Part shown: positions 36,002-46,390 of the stretch, piece by piece
Position numbering within the stretch: the stretch's first letter is position 1
Layout of the letters: every line of letters begins with the position of its first letter
NCBI GenBank assembly: GCA_051251855.1
Contig: JBPOGI010000007.1
Location: forward strand, 1-64,000
DNA from: Roseibacillus sp.
Lineage (GTDB): Bacteria > Verrucomicrobiota > Verrucomicrobiia > Verrucomicrobiales > Akkermansiaceae
Direction of reading: 5' to 3'
DNA length: 64,000 nt
Notes under the pieces: generated by a model
Databases searched by the model: none
What the model was told of the DNA's origin: nothing
The model's input: the letters and a program-made list of their open reading frames with translations, nothing else
Made by a program: the position numbers and the translations under genes

Positions 36002-38578
36002 ATGAAGCCGCTCCACATCCCCTTCCAGCTCCTTGCCATTCTCCTATTAATGGCTGCGGGAGCGCAAGCAGCCCCCCTTCGAGTCGCCACTTTTAATATC
36101 GAAGGAGAGTTCTTCAACAGCCAGCGCCAGTTTTCCCTCACCGCACCGGGCACCTCCGACTACGACAGTATTCGAGATATTCTCGCTCGCATTGACGCCG
36201 ACGTCGTCTGCCTGCAAGAGGTCTACCCCAGCGACTACGACAACGGGAGCAGTCAGCACTTCGCCAGCCTCGCCAGCGAACTCGGATATAGCCACACAGT
36301 CCTTTCCACCCGCTCCAACTCTTTCGACTTTCAACTCAGAAACGCCATCCTCTCCCGATATCCTTTCGAGGACCTCGAAGAGATCGGGTCCGCTGACTAC
36401 TGCGACGACCGAGGCCTTGTGGGCACGAACGGTAGTCGAGCGAAAGAACTGACTCGGACCCAACCTGCCATCGTCATCGATGTTCCTGGCGCTGCCAAAC
36501 CCACCACCATCATCACCCTCCACAACAAGGCCCTCTCTAGCCCTGTCACCGACGACAAGTTTCGCCAAGCGATCGAGTTAGCGAGGATGAGAGAATACCT
36601 GTTAGACTCCGGCCTCGATAACACTGATAACATTATCATTCTAGGAGACTTCAATCTCGGCGGCTCTTCGGTCACCTTCACCGCCGAGCCCACCACCCTT
36701 CCCTCTACCTACAATCGCGGAACCGACATCCCACTCCCCATCTCCTACGAAGAAGACCCCGACTTCTACTTCCCAACCCCTTTTCAAATGACCGCGCTCG
36801 ACGCCCGCGCAGTCAACAACAACGATGCCACCACCTTTAGTGGTTCCACTCTCGACTTCATCCTCGCCACCCCAGCCATGACCCTCCTTGGGTCGGAAAT
36901 CTATCGCTCTACTCTCGACACCTCCAACGCCCAAGGCCTCACCAAAGCCGGAGACCCGCTGCCCTCGAACACCTCCGCCGAGGCCTCCGATCACTACGCC
37001 GTCTTTGCCGACTTCGAACTAGAAGACGACATCCCTGCGCCCTCTTCCTACTCCCTCACCGACGCGGCCCCAAAAATCTCCGAAACCTTCGACAGCTTCA
37101 CAGGCACAGCTCCTCCTGCTCTTTGGACTTCTAGCAATAGCGACTGGCAAGGCTTTTACTCCAACCAAACTTTGCAAGCCAACTACGGGTTCGATAGTAG
37201 CGGAGACCGCTCCGTTGGATTGGTAGCAAGCGCTACCCCCTCCACCTTTTCGGCAACCTTCGACAACGACACCAGCGGCACCATTGAAGGGCTCGACTTC
37301 TCTTACCTTGCGCAACAATTTACCGCCAACGACCCAGGAACAGACGACACATTCACCGCCAGTCTCACCATAGCAGGAGGAAGCCCCGTCTCTCTACCAG
37401 ACCTCAACTTTACGGCAGACTCCAGCAACAGCCTTCCTTTTTCAGAAGGCCTCTCCACCACACTCCAGGGACTATCCATCGCTCCCGGCTCCTCCTTCAC
37501 ACTGACTCTGACCGCCACCCAAGGGCCCGATTCCGGCGGACCAGTCTCATCCGAAGTGTTTATTAACGAGTTCCACTATGACAACACCTCCACCGATACG
37601 GGAGAGTTTGTCGAAGTCGTTGTCGCTCCCGGCTTTACGACCTCGGGAGGCAACCTCGCCCAGATCGAAGTCATCCTTTACAACGGCAATTCTGGGCAAG
37701 CTCCCTACGACACCATTCCACTCACCGACTTTGACAACTTCTCTGCCCCCACTGTCAGCAACGGTTATCAAATATTTACCCACAATGTCGTCCTACAGAA
37801 CGGCCCTGATGGAATCGCGATTGCCAACGATGGAGTTGTCACTCAGTTCATCTCTTACGAAGGCACTCTCGATGCTCTTGCTGGCCCTGCAACCGGCCAA
37901 CAATCGGTAGATATCGGAGAAGAACAAGACCCCCAGTTTTCCGCAGGGGTCGCCTCCATTGGTCTCACCGGCGCAGGTGCGGATTCAGGGAGCATGAGCT
38001 GGACGCGCTTCGGCAACACCGTCGCCCACACTCCTGGCCAACTCAACCCAGGCCAGACCTTCACAGGTTCCTCTCCTTCCGCCTCTCAGGCATTTTCCTT
38101 TGATAATGTGACTGTATGTATAGCAGCCCCACCTGACAACGACATGGATGGCGACCCCGACTCCACTGACCCCGATGATGACAACGATCAACTTCCTGAC
38201 TTGTTAGAAGCGCTTCTCGGTCTCGACCCTTTGCTCGCAGACAGCGACAACAATGGCACCAGCGATGGAGACGAAGATAGCGATGGCGACGGTCAAAGCA
38301 ACCTCGCTGAACTGCTCATCACTCTCACGGACCCAGCCGACTCTGGCAGTAGCTTTACCGCTTGCTTGGAGGAACACCCTACCAATCCTAACCAGCTTGC
38401 GCTCATCTTCCCGACCCTCCTAGGACGCAACTACCAGATCCTCAGTAGCCAAGATCCGACCGCGCTCACTCTTCTCGCCAACTATACAGGCACGGGCAAT
38501 GAATTCATTTTCACCATCGTGCCCAATCAACCGCAGGCAACCTTTTTTGCTGTCGGAGTGAGCCTCGCGGAAGAATAA
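36002..38578 (+). CDS. Secreted endonuclease/exonuclease/phosphatase family protein with lamin-tail-like domain and Asp-rich repeats
   Basis: VATFN, DVVCLQEV, GDFN and SDH motifs; VFINEFHYDN...GEFVE; DxDxDG repeats. Confidence 0.88.
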   Translation: MKPLHIPFQLLAILLLMAAGAQAAPLRVATFNIEGEFFNSQRQFSLTAPGTSDYDSIRDILARIDADVVCLQEVYPSDYDNGSSQHFASLASELGYSHTVLSTRSNSFDFQLRNAILSRYPFEDLEEIGSADYCDDRGLVGTNGSRAKELTRTQPAIVIDVPGAAKPTTIITLHNKALSSPVTDDKFRQAIELARMREYLLDSGLDNTDNIIILGDFNLGGSSVTFTAEPTTLPSTYNRGTDIPLPISYEEDPDFYFPTPFQMTALDARAVNNNDATTFSGSTLDFILATPAMTLLGSEIYRSTLDTSNAQGLTKAGDPLPSNTSAEASDHYAVFADFELEDDIPAPSSYSLTDAAPKISETFDSFTGTAPPALWTSSNSDWQGFYSNQTLQANYGFDSSGDRSVGLVASATPSTFSATFDNDTSGTIEGLDFSYLAQQFTANDPGTDDTFTASLTIAGGSPVSLPDLNFTADSSNSLPFSEGLSTTLQGLSIAPGSSFTLTLTATQGPDSGGPVSSEVFINEFHYDNTSTDTGEFVEVVVAPGFTTSGGNLAQIEVILYNGNSGQAPYDTIPLTDFDNFSAPTVSNGYQIFTHNVVLQNGPDGIAIANDGVVTQFISYEGTLDALAGPATGQQSVDIGEEQDPQFSAGVASIGLTGAGADSGSMSWTRFGNTVAHTPGQLNPGQTFTGSSPSASQAFSFDNVTVCIAAPPDNDMDGDPDSTDPDDDNDQLPDLLEALLGLDPLLADSDNNGTSDGDEDSDGDGQSNLAELLITLTDPADSGSSFTACLEEHPTNPNQLALIFPTLLGRNYQILSSQDPTALTLLANYTGTGNEFIFTIVPNQPQATFFAVGVSLAEE

Positions 38579-38627
38579 GTCATTTACTCGAAAAGCTCTC
38601 CTTCAAACCCTCGTAAAAAACCATCCA

Positions 38628-39776
38628 ATGAAACGCCTCACCCTTCCTCTTCTGCTCTGTCCCCTCATTCTCAATGCGGAACCTAGCATCAAACAAATTG
38701 GCGGAGACTTCAAGCGCCCCATTCATGTCACCTCGCGTCCCAATGATGCCAACCTGCTCTTCGTCGTCGAACAAGCCGGCAAAGTCATCCTCCACGACCA
38801 AGCAAAGAACAAAACGCTCAACACCCCTTTCCTCGACATCACCGCCGACGTCTCTCGTAAACACAATGAGGAAGGCCTTCTCGGCTTCACCCTCTCTCCC
38901 GACTACGCGCAATCGGGGCGTGTCTACGCCAATTTCTCCAACGCAAAACGCACCAACGAAATCGTCCGCTACACCGTCAAGAACCCAGCAGAAGACCTCG
39001 TCTGCGACCCAGACACCAAGGAAATCCTCCTCACCTACAAACAACCCCACGGCAACCATAATGGTGGCTATCTCGAATTCGGGCCCGACGGGCTCCTCTA
39101 CATCGGCACCGGCGACGGAGGCTCAGCTAACGACCCTGGAGACAACGCGCAAGACCTCACCAACCTGCTAGGTAAGATTCTCCGGATTGATGTCTCACCT
39201 TCCGAAGGCTACCTCATCCCCGAAGACAATCCTTTCGCCGAAAGCGAGAGTCCCGAAATTCTCGCCTACGGACTTCGTAACCCCTGGCGCTGCTGCTGGG
39301 ATGGAGACCACTTCTACATCGCCGACGTCGGCCAAAACGCCTGGGAAGAAGTCAACGTCGTCACCTCCAAACAACTCAATGGAGCCAACTTCGGATGGCG
39401 CCCCCGCGAAGGATTCCATGAGACCCCGAAAAAAGGAGTTGGCGGCCCCATGAAGAGCGAATACACCGACCCTGTTGTTGAATACAAACACAACATGGAA
39501 AGCGATGGCGGACTCTCCATCAATGGAGGCTATGTTTACCGCGGTTCGGTTAAGGAGCTGCAAGGAAAATACCTTTACAGCGACCATGTGAACCCCCGCA
39601 TTTGGTCCTTCGAATTCGCCGGTGGCAAGGCAACCAACCAGCAAGACCTCTCCGAGATCCTCTCTCGCCCGGATGACTTGGAGTTCCGACAACTCTCCGC
39701 CTTCGGTCAAGACGCCGACAAAGAGGTCTACATCATCGAGATGGGCGACGGAGCCATTTGGAAAATCTTGGAGTAA
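38628..39776 (+). CDS. PQQ-dependent sugar dehydrogenase (GSDH family)
   Basis: EEGLLG, NHNGG..FGPDG.LYI..GDGG and GLRNPWR motifs. Confidence 0.92.
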   Translation: MKRLTLPLLLCPLILNAEPSIKQIGGDFKRPIHVTSRPNDANLLFVVEQAGKVILHDQAKNKTLNTPFLDITADVSRKHNEEGLLGFTLSPDYAQSGRVYANFSNAKRTNEIVRYTVKNPAEDLVCDPDTKEILLTYKQPHGNHNGGYLEFGPDGLLYIGTGDGGSANDPGDNAQDLTNLLGKILRIDVSPSEGYLIPEDNPFAESESPEILAYGLRNPWRCCWDGDHFYIADVGQNAWEEVNVVTSKQLNGANFGWRPREGFHETPKKGVGGPMKSEYTDPVVEYKHNMESDGGLSINGGYVYRGSVKELQGKYLYSDHVNPRIWSFEFAGGKATNQQDLSEILSRPDDLEFRQLSAFGQDADKEVYIIEMGDGAIWKILE

Positions 39777-39882
39777 AGGCCCTCTTGTGCCGTGGGTCTC
39801 CCGCATCGGCCCAGACAACCTTCGTCAAAGAGAGCCAAAAACTCCTCGACTGTTTTTCATCACGGTCCACCTTGGGAAAGTT

Positions 39883-40761
39883 ATGTATCGTTCTGCTCTC
39901 ATCTCTGCTGCTTGCGCCACTCTCGCTCCCCTTGCTCACGCTCAGCTCGCTCCGGCACCTTTCCTTTTGGGAGGTGAGTATCAACTCTCATCCGACATCG
40001 ATGGCGGTGGCAGCTTCTCTCGCTCCGTGGCGCGGACCCGCATCAGTGCACCCCTCTTTCTGGGCGAAGACACCATCATCGGTCTGAGCGCTGGCTATCA
40101 ATACGAATCCTTTCAATTCGACGACCTTCTCTCCGATCCTTGGGGTGAAATCCACCGCAATCGAATTGGAATCGCCGCCAAAGGAGATCTCGCCAACGGC
40201 TGGTCTTGGCTCGCGCTGCCTTGGCTAGCCTCTAACGGCGAGAGCGGAGCTGACTGGGGTGAATCCCTGACTTTTGGAGGAATTGGTGCTGCGTGGTACA
40301 AAGTCAACGACACCCTATCGTTAGGAGTGGGTGCCGGATTCGGCACTCAACTCGAGGACGACACCTCCGTCTTTCCCATTTTGGTTATCGACTGGCAATT
40401 TGCCGAGAACTGGACCCTATCAACCCTGCCACCAGAAGGTTTTCGCATTGGACCAGGGGCAAGCATCCGTTGGGACGCCCGCGAAGACTTAAGCCTCTCC
40501 TTCATTTACCAATACCAGAGTGACCAACATCGCCTTGACCAAGATTCGACCACCGCAGCCAATGGCCTCGGAGAGCTTCGTCAACATCGAGTCGCTCTCG
40601 CTGCCACTTATCGCTTCAATGATAATCTCAGCCTCACGGGACACGCAGGTCTCACCTTCGGCGGCGAAATCGAGCTCCAAAACAGCTCCGGAAACACTCT
40701 CGGGGAGAACGACTTCGATTCCAGCCTCGTCTTCGGTCTCGAGGGTTCTTGGCGCTTTTGA
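39883..40761 (+). CDS. Outer-membrane beta-barrel protein (DUF6268-like)
   Basis: Signal peptide from ATG 39883; amphipathic strands; C-terminal WRF. Confidence 0.75.
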   Translation: MYRSALISAACATLAPLAHAQLAPAPFLLGGEYQLSSDIDGGGSFSRSVARTRISAPLFLGEDTIIGLSAGYQYESFQFDDLLSDPWGEIHRNRIGIAAKGDLANGWSWLALPWLASNGESGADWGESLTFGGIGAAWYKVNDTLSLGVGAGFGTQLEDDTSVFPILVIDWQFAENWTLSTLPPEGFRIGPGASIRWDAREDLSLSFIYQYQSDQHRLDQDSTTAANGLGELRQHRVALAATYRFNDNLSLTGHAGLTFGGEIELQNSSGNTLGENDFDSSLVFGLEGSWRF

Positions 40762-40797
40762 CTTTTCCTCGGCTCCTGAAAACGAGAGAAAAGAGGG

Positions 40798-41376
40798 GTG
40801 AATAAATACAGGCTTGAGCCCGTTTCAACAATCGTGTCCGCCTTCCGCGCCCTTCCTCTTCTGCTATTGCCTCTGCTACTCGGCAGTTGCTCGACCTCTC
40901 GACTCGTCGATTCCGATCGGGTCCTTGACCCAGGGCCACACACGATCCGCTCCATCATCGATAGCGATATCCTGATTCCTGCCGACAGCTCTCTCCACGT
41001 CGATTATGCCGCCGGAAACCGCTTCTTCGTCCAATCCGGAGGGACCCTTACCGGCCTTTCCAAAGGAGTCCAGAGTTCAACCATCTACGGCGAAGAGGGA
41101 GCTCTCATCCCAACTCGCAGCAAAAAATCGACTCTTAAAATCGTCAACGTAAGCGACGCCGAACAAAGCTTCCGCGACCGCTTCAAAACTCTCTTGCCCG
41201 CCAATGCCACGCCCAATCGCTCCTCCTCAGGTACAGGGGTCGTTGTGGGCGGAGCCTTCTATGGAGGCGGCTATTATGGTCACGGGCATCGTTACCATCG
41301 AGCCAGGCGCCAGTCGTCCTCCTCTCGCTCGGTCTCAGTGAAACCCGACTCCTATCGCACCCGCACCCGCAACTAA
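40798..41376 (+). CDS. Hypothetical lipoprotein
   Basis: Lipobox LLGSC; Gly/Tyr/Arg-rich tail; start uncertain. Confidence 0.7.
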   Translation: MNKYRLEPVSTIVSAFRALPLLLLPLLLGSCSTSRLVDSDRVLDPGPHTIRSIIDSDILIPADSSLHVDYAAGNRFFVQSGGTLTGLSKGVQSSTIYGEEGALIPTRSKKSTLKIVNVSDAEQSFRDRFKTLLPANATPNRSSSGTGVVVGGAFYGGGYYGHGHRYHRARRQSSSSRSVSVKPDSYRTRTRN

Positions 41377-41398
41377 ACAACACTACAAAAACAACACT

Positions 41399-41977
41399 AT
41401 GAAAACCATCCTCATCTCATCATTAGCTAGCCTCATCGCGCTGGCCTGCTCAGCTCAAGCCCAATTCGCAAACACCTCTGGCGGCGTGATGCTCGGCGGC
41501 GGATATCTCGAAAACCCCGAAAAGGGCTACGCCTTCGGCCAGCTTCGCGGCACTTTTTACGAAGACGACAGCTTCTCCCACACCGCTTTCCTTGAAATTC
41601 TTGGGCATGCCGATGATGCCGAGCTCACCTTCACGAAGGGAGGAGTGAGTTCCACCGAAGACGGCGACATCACCTTCGTCAACATCACCGCCAACTACGA
41701 ACTCGAAGCTAAGCTCTTTGGTCCCATTTCAGCCTATGCAGGTGGGGGCATCGGGGTGGAGATTGTCTCTGTTGACGACCGCTTCGACATCGTGCTCGAT
41801 TCCGACGCCAACTTTGTGGCTCAAGTCTTCATGGGGCTCCGCGCGGACTTCGGCAACGGCTTTCTCCTACAAGCGGGAGCCCGCTACCTGATGCGGGAAG
41901 ACTCCGAGGTTCTCGACAAACAATTCATCACTGAAGACAGCTGGGCCTTCGAAATCGGAGCTGGCTTTCAGTTCTAA
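41399..41977 (+). CDS. Small outer-membrane beta-barrel protein
   Basis: Signal peptide; YAGGGIG motif; C-terminal GAGFQF. Confidence 0.8.
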   Translation: MKTILISSLASLIALACSAQAQFANTSGGVMLGGGYLENPEKGYAFGQLRGTFYEDDSFSHTAFLEILGHADDAELTFTKGGVSSTEDGDITFVNITANYELEAKLFGPISAYAGGGIGVEIVSVDDRFDIVLDSDANFVAQVFMGLRADFGNGFLLQAGARYLMREDSEVLDKQFITEDSWAFEIGAGFQF

Positions 41978-42055
41978 GGCCTGAGAACATTGCTTCCCTT
42001 CTGAGCAGAACTTTTTCGAACGAGTCTCCTGCTTTAACCCGTTTAAACTAACGAT

Positions 42056-42763
42056 ATGAAACTCAAATATCTCCTCACTGGCTGCCTCTTGGCAAGCTTG
42101 GCCTGGGCTCCAGCCCGGACCTGGACCAGTTCGGATGGCGCGAAAACTTTTGAGGGTGACCTCAGGGAATTCGATGATGCCTCCGGCAAAGTCACCGTTC
42201 TCGTCAACGGCAAACAATTGGTCTTCACAAAAGACAAGCTCTCCGAGGATGACCAATCCTTCCTCGCTGAGTGGAAAGCCGAAGCCGACAAGCCGGATGC
42301 AACCGAAGTCCTCGAATCTCAAACAATCGGCAAAGAACTAACCGACAAAGTGCTCAGTCGCTTGGACGGCAAGAAGTTCAAAAAGGCCTCCATGGAAAAG
42401 GCCCCAGAGTATTACCTTCTCTACTTTTCAGCCTCTTGGTGACCCCCTTGTCGCGCAGGAGCTCCACAGTTAGTGGAGAAATATAACAAGCATATCGCCG
42501 AAGTTCCTAACGTCGAATTCGTTCACGTCTCACTCGACCGCGACGAAGACGCCGCTGAAGAATGGGCTGCCAAGGAACAATTCCCTTGGCTCACCATCAT
42601 GCCTGATAAAGTCGATCGCAGCGGCTTGCGGGATTACAAAACCACCAACGCAGTGCCTGAGTATCATCTCGTCGATGGCGAAGGTAATACCATCGTGAAA
42701 GGCACTTCTTCGGGAGCCGCCGCGTTTGCCAAAATCGACGAACTCGCTAAAGAGAGCAAATAA
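42056..42763 (+). CDS. Secreted thioredoxin-like selenoprotein (SHD1-like + nucleoredoxin/TlpA-like); TGA at 42440-42442 read as Sec
   Basis: Two in-frame ORFs join as LLYFSASW-U-PPCR; SECIS-like hairpin downstream; N-terminal RTWTSSDG..FEG motif. Confidence 0.85.
42462..42478 (+). promoter_or_regulatory. Bacterial SECIS-like hairpin
   Basis: CTCCAC-AGTTA-GTGGAG; loop starts 25 nt after the UGA and has G at loop position 2. Confidence 0.6.
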
Positions 42764-42784
42764 ACGAAACCCCTTCCATTTCAC

Positions 42785-42818
42785 GAACGGGCCTCCTGCA
42801 AAGGGTGCCCGTTTTTTT
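42785..42818 (+). terminator. Rho-independent terminator
   Basis: aacgggc...gcccgtt hairpin followed by a T tract. Confidence 0.75.
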
Positions 42819-42948
42819 GGATCATTTGATCGGAGGTCGGCTTCAGCCGTCCAAAACGAGTCAATAGAATAGAAACCAGAACACTTTTCAGCATTTCGCT
42901 TAACAAGAGTGTCGACGACTAAAGAAGGTTCCGCTCCTCCTGTAACGA

Positions 42949-43326
42949 TTACTCCGAGTCGCTCTCCTCAGCCCAAGAGACTTCCTTGGCATCACCCCAA
43001 AGTTCTTCCAACGCGTAGGTTTCACGCATTTCTTGGTGAAGGATATGCACCATCACGTCAAAGTAATCCAAAACTACCCAGCGAGTGACAGCCTTACCCT
43101 CAGTATGAGAGGGACTATCCCCTGTTCGCTCGGCGACACCTTTGTTCACCTCACGCAGAATCGCCTTCAAATGAGGCATGGAACTCCCCGAACAAACGAC
43201 CATGAAATCGGTCAAGGTCGAGAGCCCTCGAAGATCGAGGATACGAACATCTTCTGCTTGAATTTCGGCGGCGGCCTTCGCGCATTCGATAGCGAGAGAG
43301 AGCCCTTTGACTTCGGTAGTTTTCAC
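42949..43326 (-). CDS. rsfS: Ribosome silencing factor RsfS
   Basis: D.MVVCSG.S..H, EG....WVVLDY.DVMVH and Y.LE.LW motifs; GTG start inferred. Confidence 0.92.
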   Translation of the reverse strand: MKTTEVKGLSLAIECAKAAAEIQAEDVRILDLRGLSTLTDFMVVCSGSSMPHLKAILREVNKGVAERTGDSPSHTEGKAVTRWVVLDYFDVMVHILHQEMRETYALEELWGDAKEVSWAEESDSE

Positions 43327-43383
43327 TTGTGGGAGCGAGTTTGCCACAAGAACCCACTTTCCCGAAAAACAGTTTCGAAAAAG

Positions 43384-43456
43384 TGGAGCATAGCGGATTC
43401 GAACCGCTGACCCCCTGCATGCCATGCAGGTGCTCTACCAACTGAGCTAATGCCCC
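43384..43456 (-). tRNA. tRNA-Ala (GGC)
   Basis: GGGGCATTAGCTCAGTTGGTAGAGCACCTGCATGGCATGCAGGGGGTCAGCGGTTCGAATCCGCTATGCTCCA; CCA not encoded. Confidence 0.97.
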
Positions 43457-43575
43457 TTACTTGCGGGCGCAGAGCGTTACCCGAGAGCAGGGAGCGGTGC
43501 AAGCCTTGTTTTTATCTAGTTGTCAGATTTCATCAGCCCGTCCTCATCGTGCTCTCTAGTGGAAATCGAGAAGAC

Positions 43576-44055
43576 TTAAGGGACGCGAAACCGCTTGGCC
43601 TTCGATAGGTCAGGCGTCCCATCCTTATTTTTCATTTGTTTCCCCGTTTCCGGATCAATGGGAATGGTAGAAGGGTCAATGAGTTCATCATCCGATTCCA
43701 TACCAGTGGTATCGAGAATGCTGTAGGGAGGATAAGGAGAAATCACCGTATTTGGCTTAATTGAAGAGGTTGCCATCGGAAACGCGGATGCAGCCTCATC
43801 CACCACTTTTCTCTCAAAGGACTTGGACTTGGCAGCCTTCTGATTGAGCGCGCTCTCTTTGACTTCCTGATTACTCATTCTCGATTTCTCTTCAAGTGAA
43901 GCAAAGTTCTCAGACTCCCCCCTAGCCCCTTCACTTCGCCCCGCTTCCTCTCCTTGACCCTTAAGCCCGCTTACCAACAGCCAAAGTGCTAGCCCTAGAA
44001 GCAAAATGCTGATCCCAGCTCCTAACATTCTCTTCGAGCGATCATCTTTACTCAT
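43576..44055 (-). CDS. Hypothetical single-pass membrane protein
   Basis: N-terminal TM; C-terminal KPN.VISPY...D..G...DP...FRVP. Confidence 0.7.
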   Translation of the reverse strand: MSKDDRSKRMLGAGISILLLGLALWLLVSGLKGQGEEAGRSEGARGESENFASLEEKSRMSNQEVKESALNQKAAKSKSFERKVVDEAASAFPMATSSIKPNTVISPYPPYSILDTTGMESDDELIDPSTIPIDPETGKQMKNKDGTPDLSKAKRFRVP

Positions 44056-44193
44056 CCTCATAATTTAATCGTTTCGCTATCCTCATCGCAATCCCATTCT
44101 TCGCTGATCGCCTCCTCCAATGCCCCCAGTAATACAACCTGCTCTTTCATTATTCGCTGGCGTTTCTTCCGTCTCCATGGAGACTTTTTCTCA

Positions 44194-44877
44194 ATGAAAC
44201 TCCTTCTCCCCATCCTGCTTCTAACCGCTCCTCTTTGGGCTGAGCCCGCTACCAATCAATTGACTACAGCTGAAAAAGAGGCTGGCTGGACCTTGCTCTT
44301 TGATGGTCAATCCATCGAACATTTTCGCAACTACCAGAAGGAGGACTTAAGCAAAATTTGGGAAGTGAAAGACGGGGCCATCACCCTCACAAAAAAAGGA
44401 GGGGGCGACCTCGTCACCAAGAAGCAATATGGCGCCTTCGAATTCACTCTCGACTATAAGATTTCCAAAGGAGGTAACTCCGGAGTGATGATCCATGTTC
44501 AAGAGAGCGAGCCAAAACCTTGGCACACCGGTGCCGAAATCCAAATTCAAGACAACGTCGATGGGCGCGACCCTCAGAAAGCAGGCTGGCTGTATCAACT
44601 CTACAAACCTGAGCCCATGAAAGACGCCACCAACCCTGCCGGCGAGTGGAACACTCTCCGCATTCTCATCACCCCAGAAAAGTGCGTCCACTGGATGAAC
44701 GGTGAAAAGTATTTCGAATACGTCAAAGGCTCCGACGACTGGAACGAGCGTGTTGCGGCCTCCAAATTTTCAGATAAGCCTCTTTTTGGCAAAGCCAGCG
44801 AAGGCCACATTTGCCTACAAGACCACGGCAATATCGTCTCTTTCCGAAACATCAAAATTCGCGAGATCTCAAAATAA
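44194..44877 (+). CDS. DUF1080 (3-keto-disaccharide hydrolase) protein
   Basis: GWTLLFDG, GNSGV, EIQIQD, GEWN and GHICLQDHG..VSFRNIKI motifs. Confidence 0.92.
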   Translation: MKLLLPILLLTAPLWAEPATNQLTTAEKEAGWTLLFDGQSIEHFRNYQKEDLSKIWEVKDGAITLTKKGGGDLVTKKQYGAFEFTLDYKISKGGNSGVMIHVQESEPKPWHTGAEIQIQDNVDGRDPQKAGWLYQLYKPEPMKDATNPAGEWNTLRILITPEKCVHWMNGEKYFEYVKGSDDWNERVAASKFSDKPLFGKASEGHICLQDHGNIVSFRNIKIREISK

Positions 44878-44904
44878 AGCAACGCCCTCCCCCCTGCTCC
44901 TCTC

Positions 44905-46281
44905 ATGAAATCACTCATCCTCCTCACGCTCGGCCTAGCCTCCTCCCTCGCCTTCTCCGAAACAAAACCGAACATCCTCTTCATCTTTGCGGATGACTGG
45001 GGTTGGGGCGACCTCAGCTGCCACGACCACCCCTACGTCAAGACGCCGAATATCGATCGCTTGGCAGAAGAAGGCACCGACTTTCATCGCTTTAGCGTCG
45101 CCAGCGGAGTCTGTTCACCTAGCCGCACCGCAGTAATGACGGGCCACTTTCCCGCCCGCTATCACATTGACGGGCACTTTGCCTGGGTGCCTAACAATGC
45201 CAAGAGAGGCATGCCAGATTGGCTGAGTCCCCAAGCCCCCCTATTGCCACGCTTCCTACAAACTGCTGGCTATGCCACTGCCCACTTTGGCAAATGGCAT
45301 CTCTCTAACAATATGATCCCCGACTCCCCTCTCCCCAGTGAATACGGCTACGACACCTACGGCGCCTTCAATTGCGCGGGTGAGCAGATGCCGGTTCACG
45401 AGGACTCCAAGCACACCATCGACTTCATCGAAAAGAGCCACAGCGAAGGAAAACCCTTTTTTGTGAACCTTTGGATCCACGAACCGCACACCCCCTTTCA
45501 CACCGTCCCAAAGTATCGCTGGCGCTTCCCTGACCTCGATGAGCCCGATAACATCTACGCCTCTGTCCTTTCCCACGCCGACGACCGTATTGGCGAGGTG
45601 CTGGATGCTCTCGATAGACTTGAGCTCACCGAAAACACCCTCGTCATCTTCAGCTCTGACAATGGCCCTGCCCGAGGAAAAGCCGGAAGCAAGCCAGAGC
45701 TCATGCACGATACTGCCACTGGGGCCGGCTTTGGAATCGGAGCTGCCAAAGGAATCACCGGCGGCCGCAAAGGCTACAAGGGCGCGCTCTTCGAAGGCGG
45801 CGTGGGAGTGCCCTTCATTGCCCGCTGGCCCGGAAAAATTGCCGCTGGCGAAGTTAATGCCTCCACCCTCATCTCAGCAGTCGATCTTCTCCCCACTTTC
45901 TGCAACCTCGCAGGAGCCCAACTGCCATCAAATTACATCCCAGATGGAATCAACCAGACCAATGCCCTTATCGGAGACTCCGCACCGGAGCGCGAAAAGC
46001 CACTCTTCTGGCGGACGAGCTCAGCCCGCGCATACTCTCCTAAGGACAATTACCATTGGGTGCTCTACTCCATCGTCGACAAGGACATGAAGTTGATGAC
46101 CGACAAAAACTTCACTCACATGGAGCTCTACGACCTCTCGACCGATCCCCTTGAGAAAAACGACTTAAGCGAAGAACAACCCGAAGTCACCCAAACTCTC
46201 CTCGCGAAAATTAAGATTTGGAAAGAGTCCCTTCCTAAAGGACCAGACCCTACTTGCTTTTCCGAGGAACGCTCGAAGTAA
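44905..46281 (+). CDS. Sulfatase (S1)
   Basis: PNILFIFADDWG, CSPSRTAVMTG, GKWHL and SDNG motifs. Confidence 0.95.
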   Translation: MKSLILLTLGLASSLAFSETKPNILFIFADDWGWGDLSCHDHPYVKTPNIDRLAEEGTDFHRFSVASGVCSPSRTAVMTGHFPARYHIDGHFAWVPNNAKRGMPDWLSPQAPLLPRFLQTAGYATAHFGKWHLSNNMIPDSPLPSEYGYDTYGAFNCAGEQMPVHEDSKHTIDFIEKSHSEGKPFFVNLWIHEPHTPFHTVPKYRWRFPDLDEPDNIYASVLSHADDRIGEVLDALDRLELTENTLVIFSSDNGPARGKAGSKPELMHDTATGAGFGIGAAKGITGGRKGYKGALFEGGVGVPFIARWPGKIAAGEVNASTLISAVDLLPTFCNLAGAQLPSNYIPDGINQTNALIGDSAPEREKPLFWRTSSARAYSPKDNYHWVLYSIVDKDMKLMTDKNFTHMELYDLSTDPLEKNDLSEEQPEVTQTLLAKIKIWKESLPKGPDPTCFSEERSK

Positions 46282-46390
46282 CAGCCTTCAAAGTTCTGCC
46301 ATTAGCTACCCCGATGCCGCACAAGAATTCTCTTCTGCAAATTGTGAGCATTCTGGTGCCTGAAACAAATCCGGCAGGTAAAACGCAAGC

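Noticed and set aside
42440..42442. Genome-wide TGA reassignment
   Set aside because: Conserved genes such as cmoA, cmoB and comF end at TGA at their expected C-termini
43327..43441. N-terminal extension of rsfS and ORF 43151-43441
   Set aside because: They overlap tRNA-Ala; the real start is probably GTG at 43326
43384..43456. tRNA as an integration site
   Set aside because: No integrase or duplicated tRNA 3' end seen; rsfS follows directly
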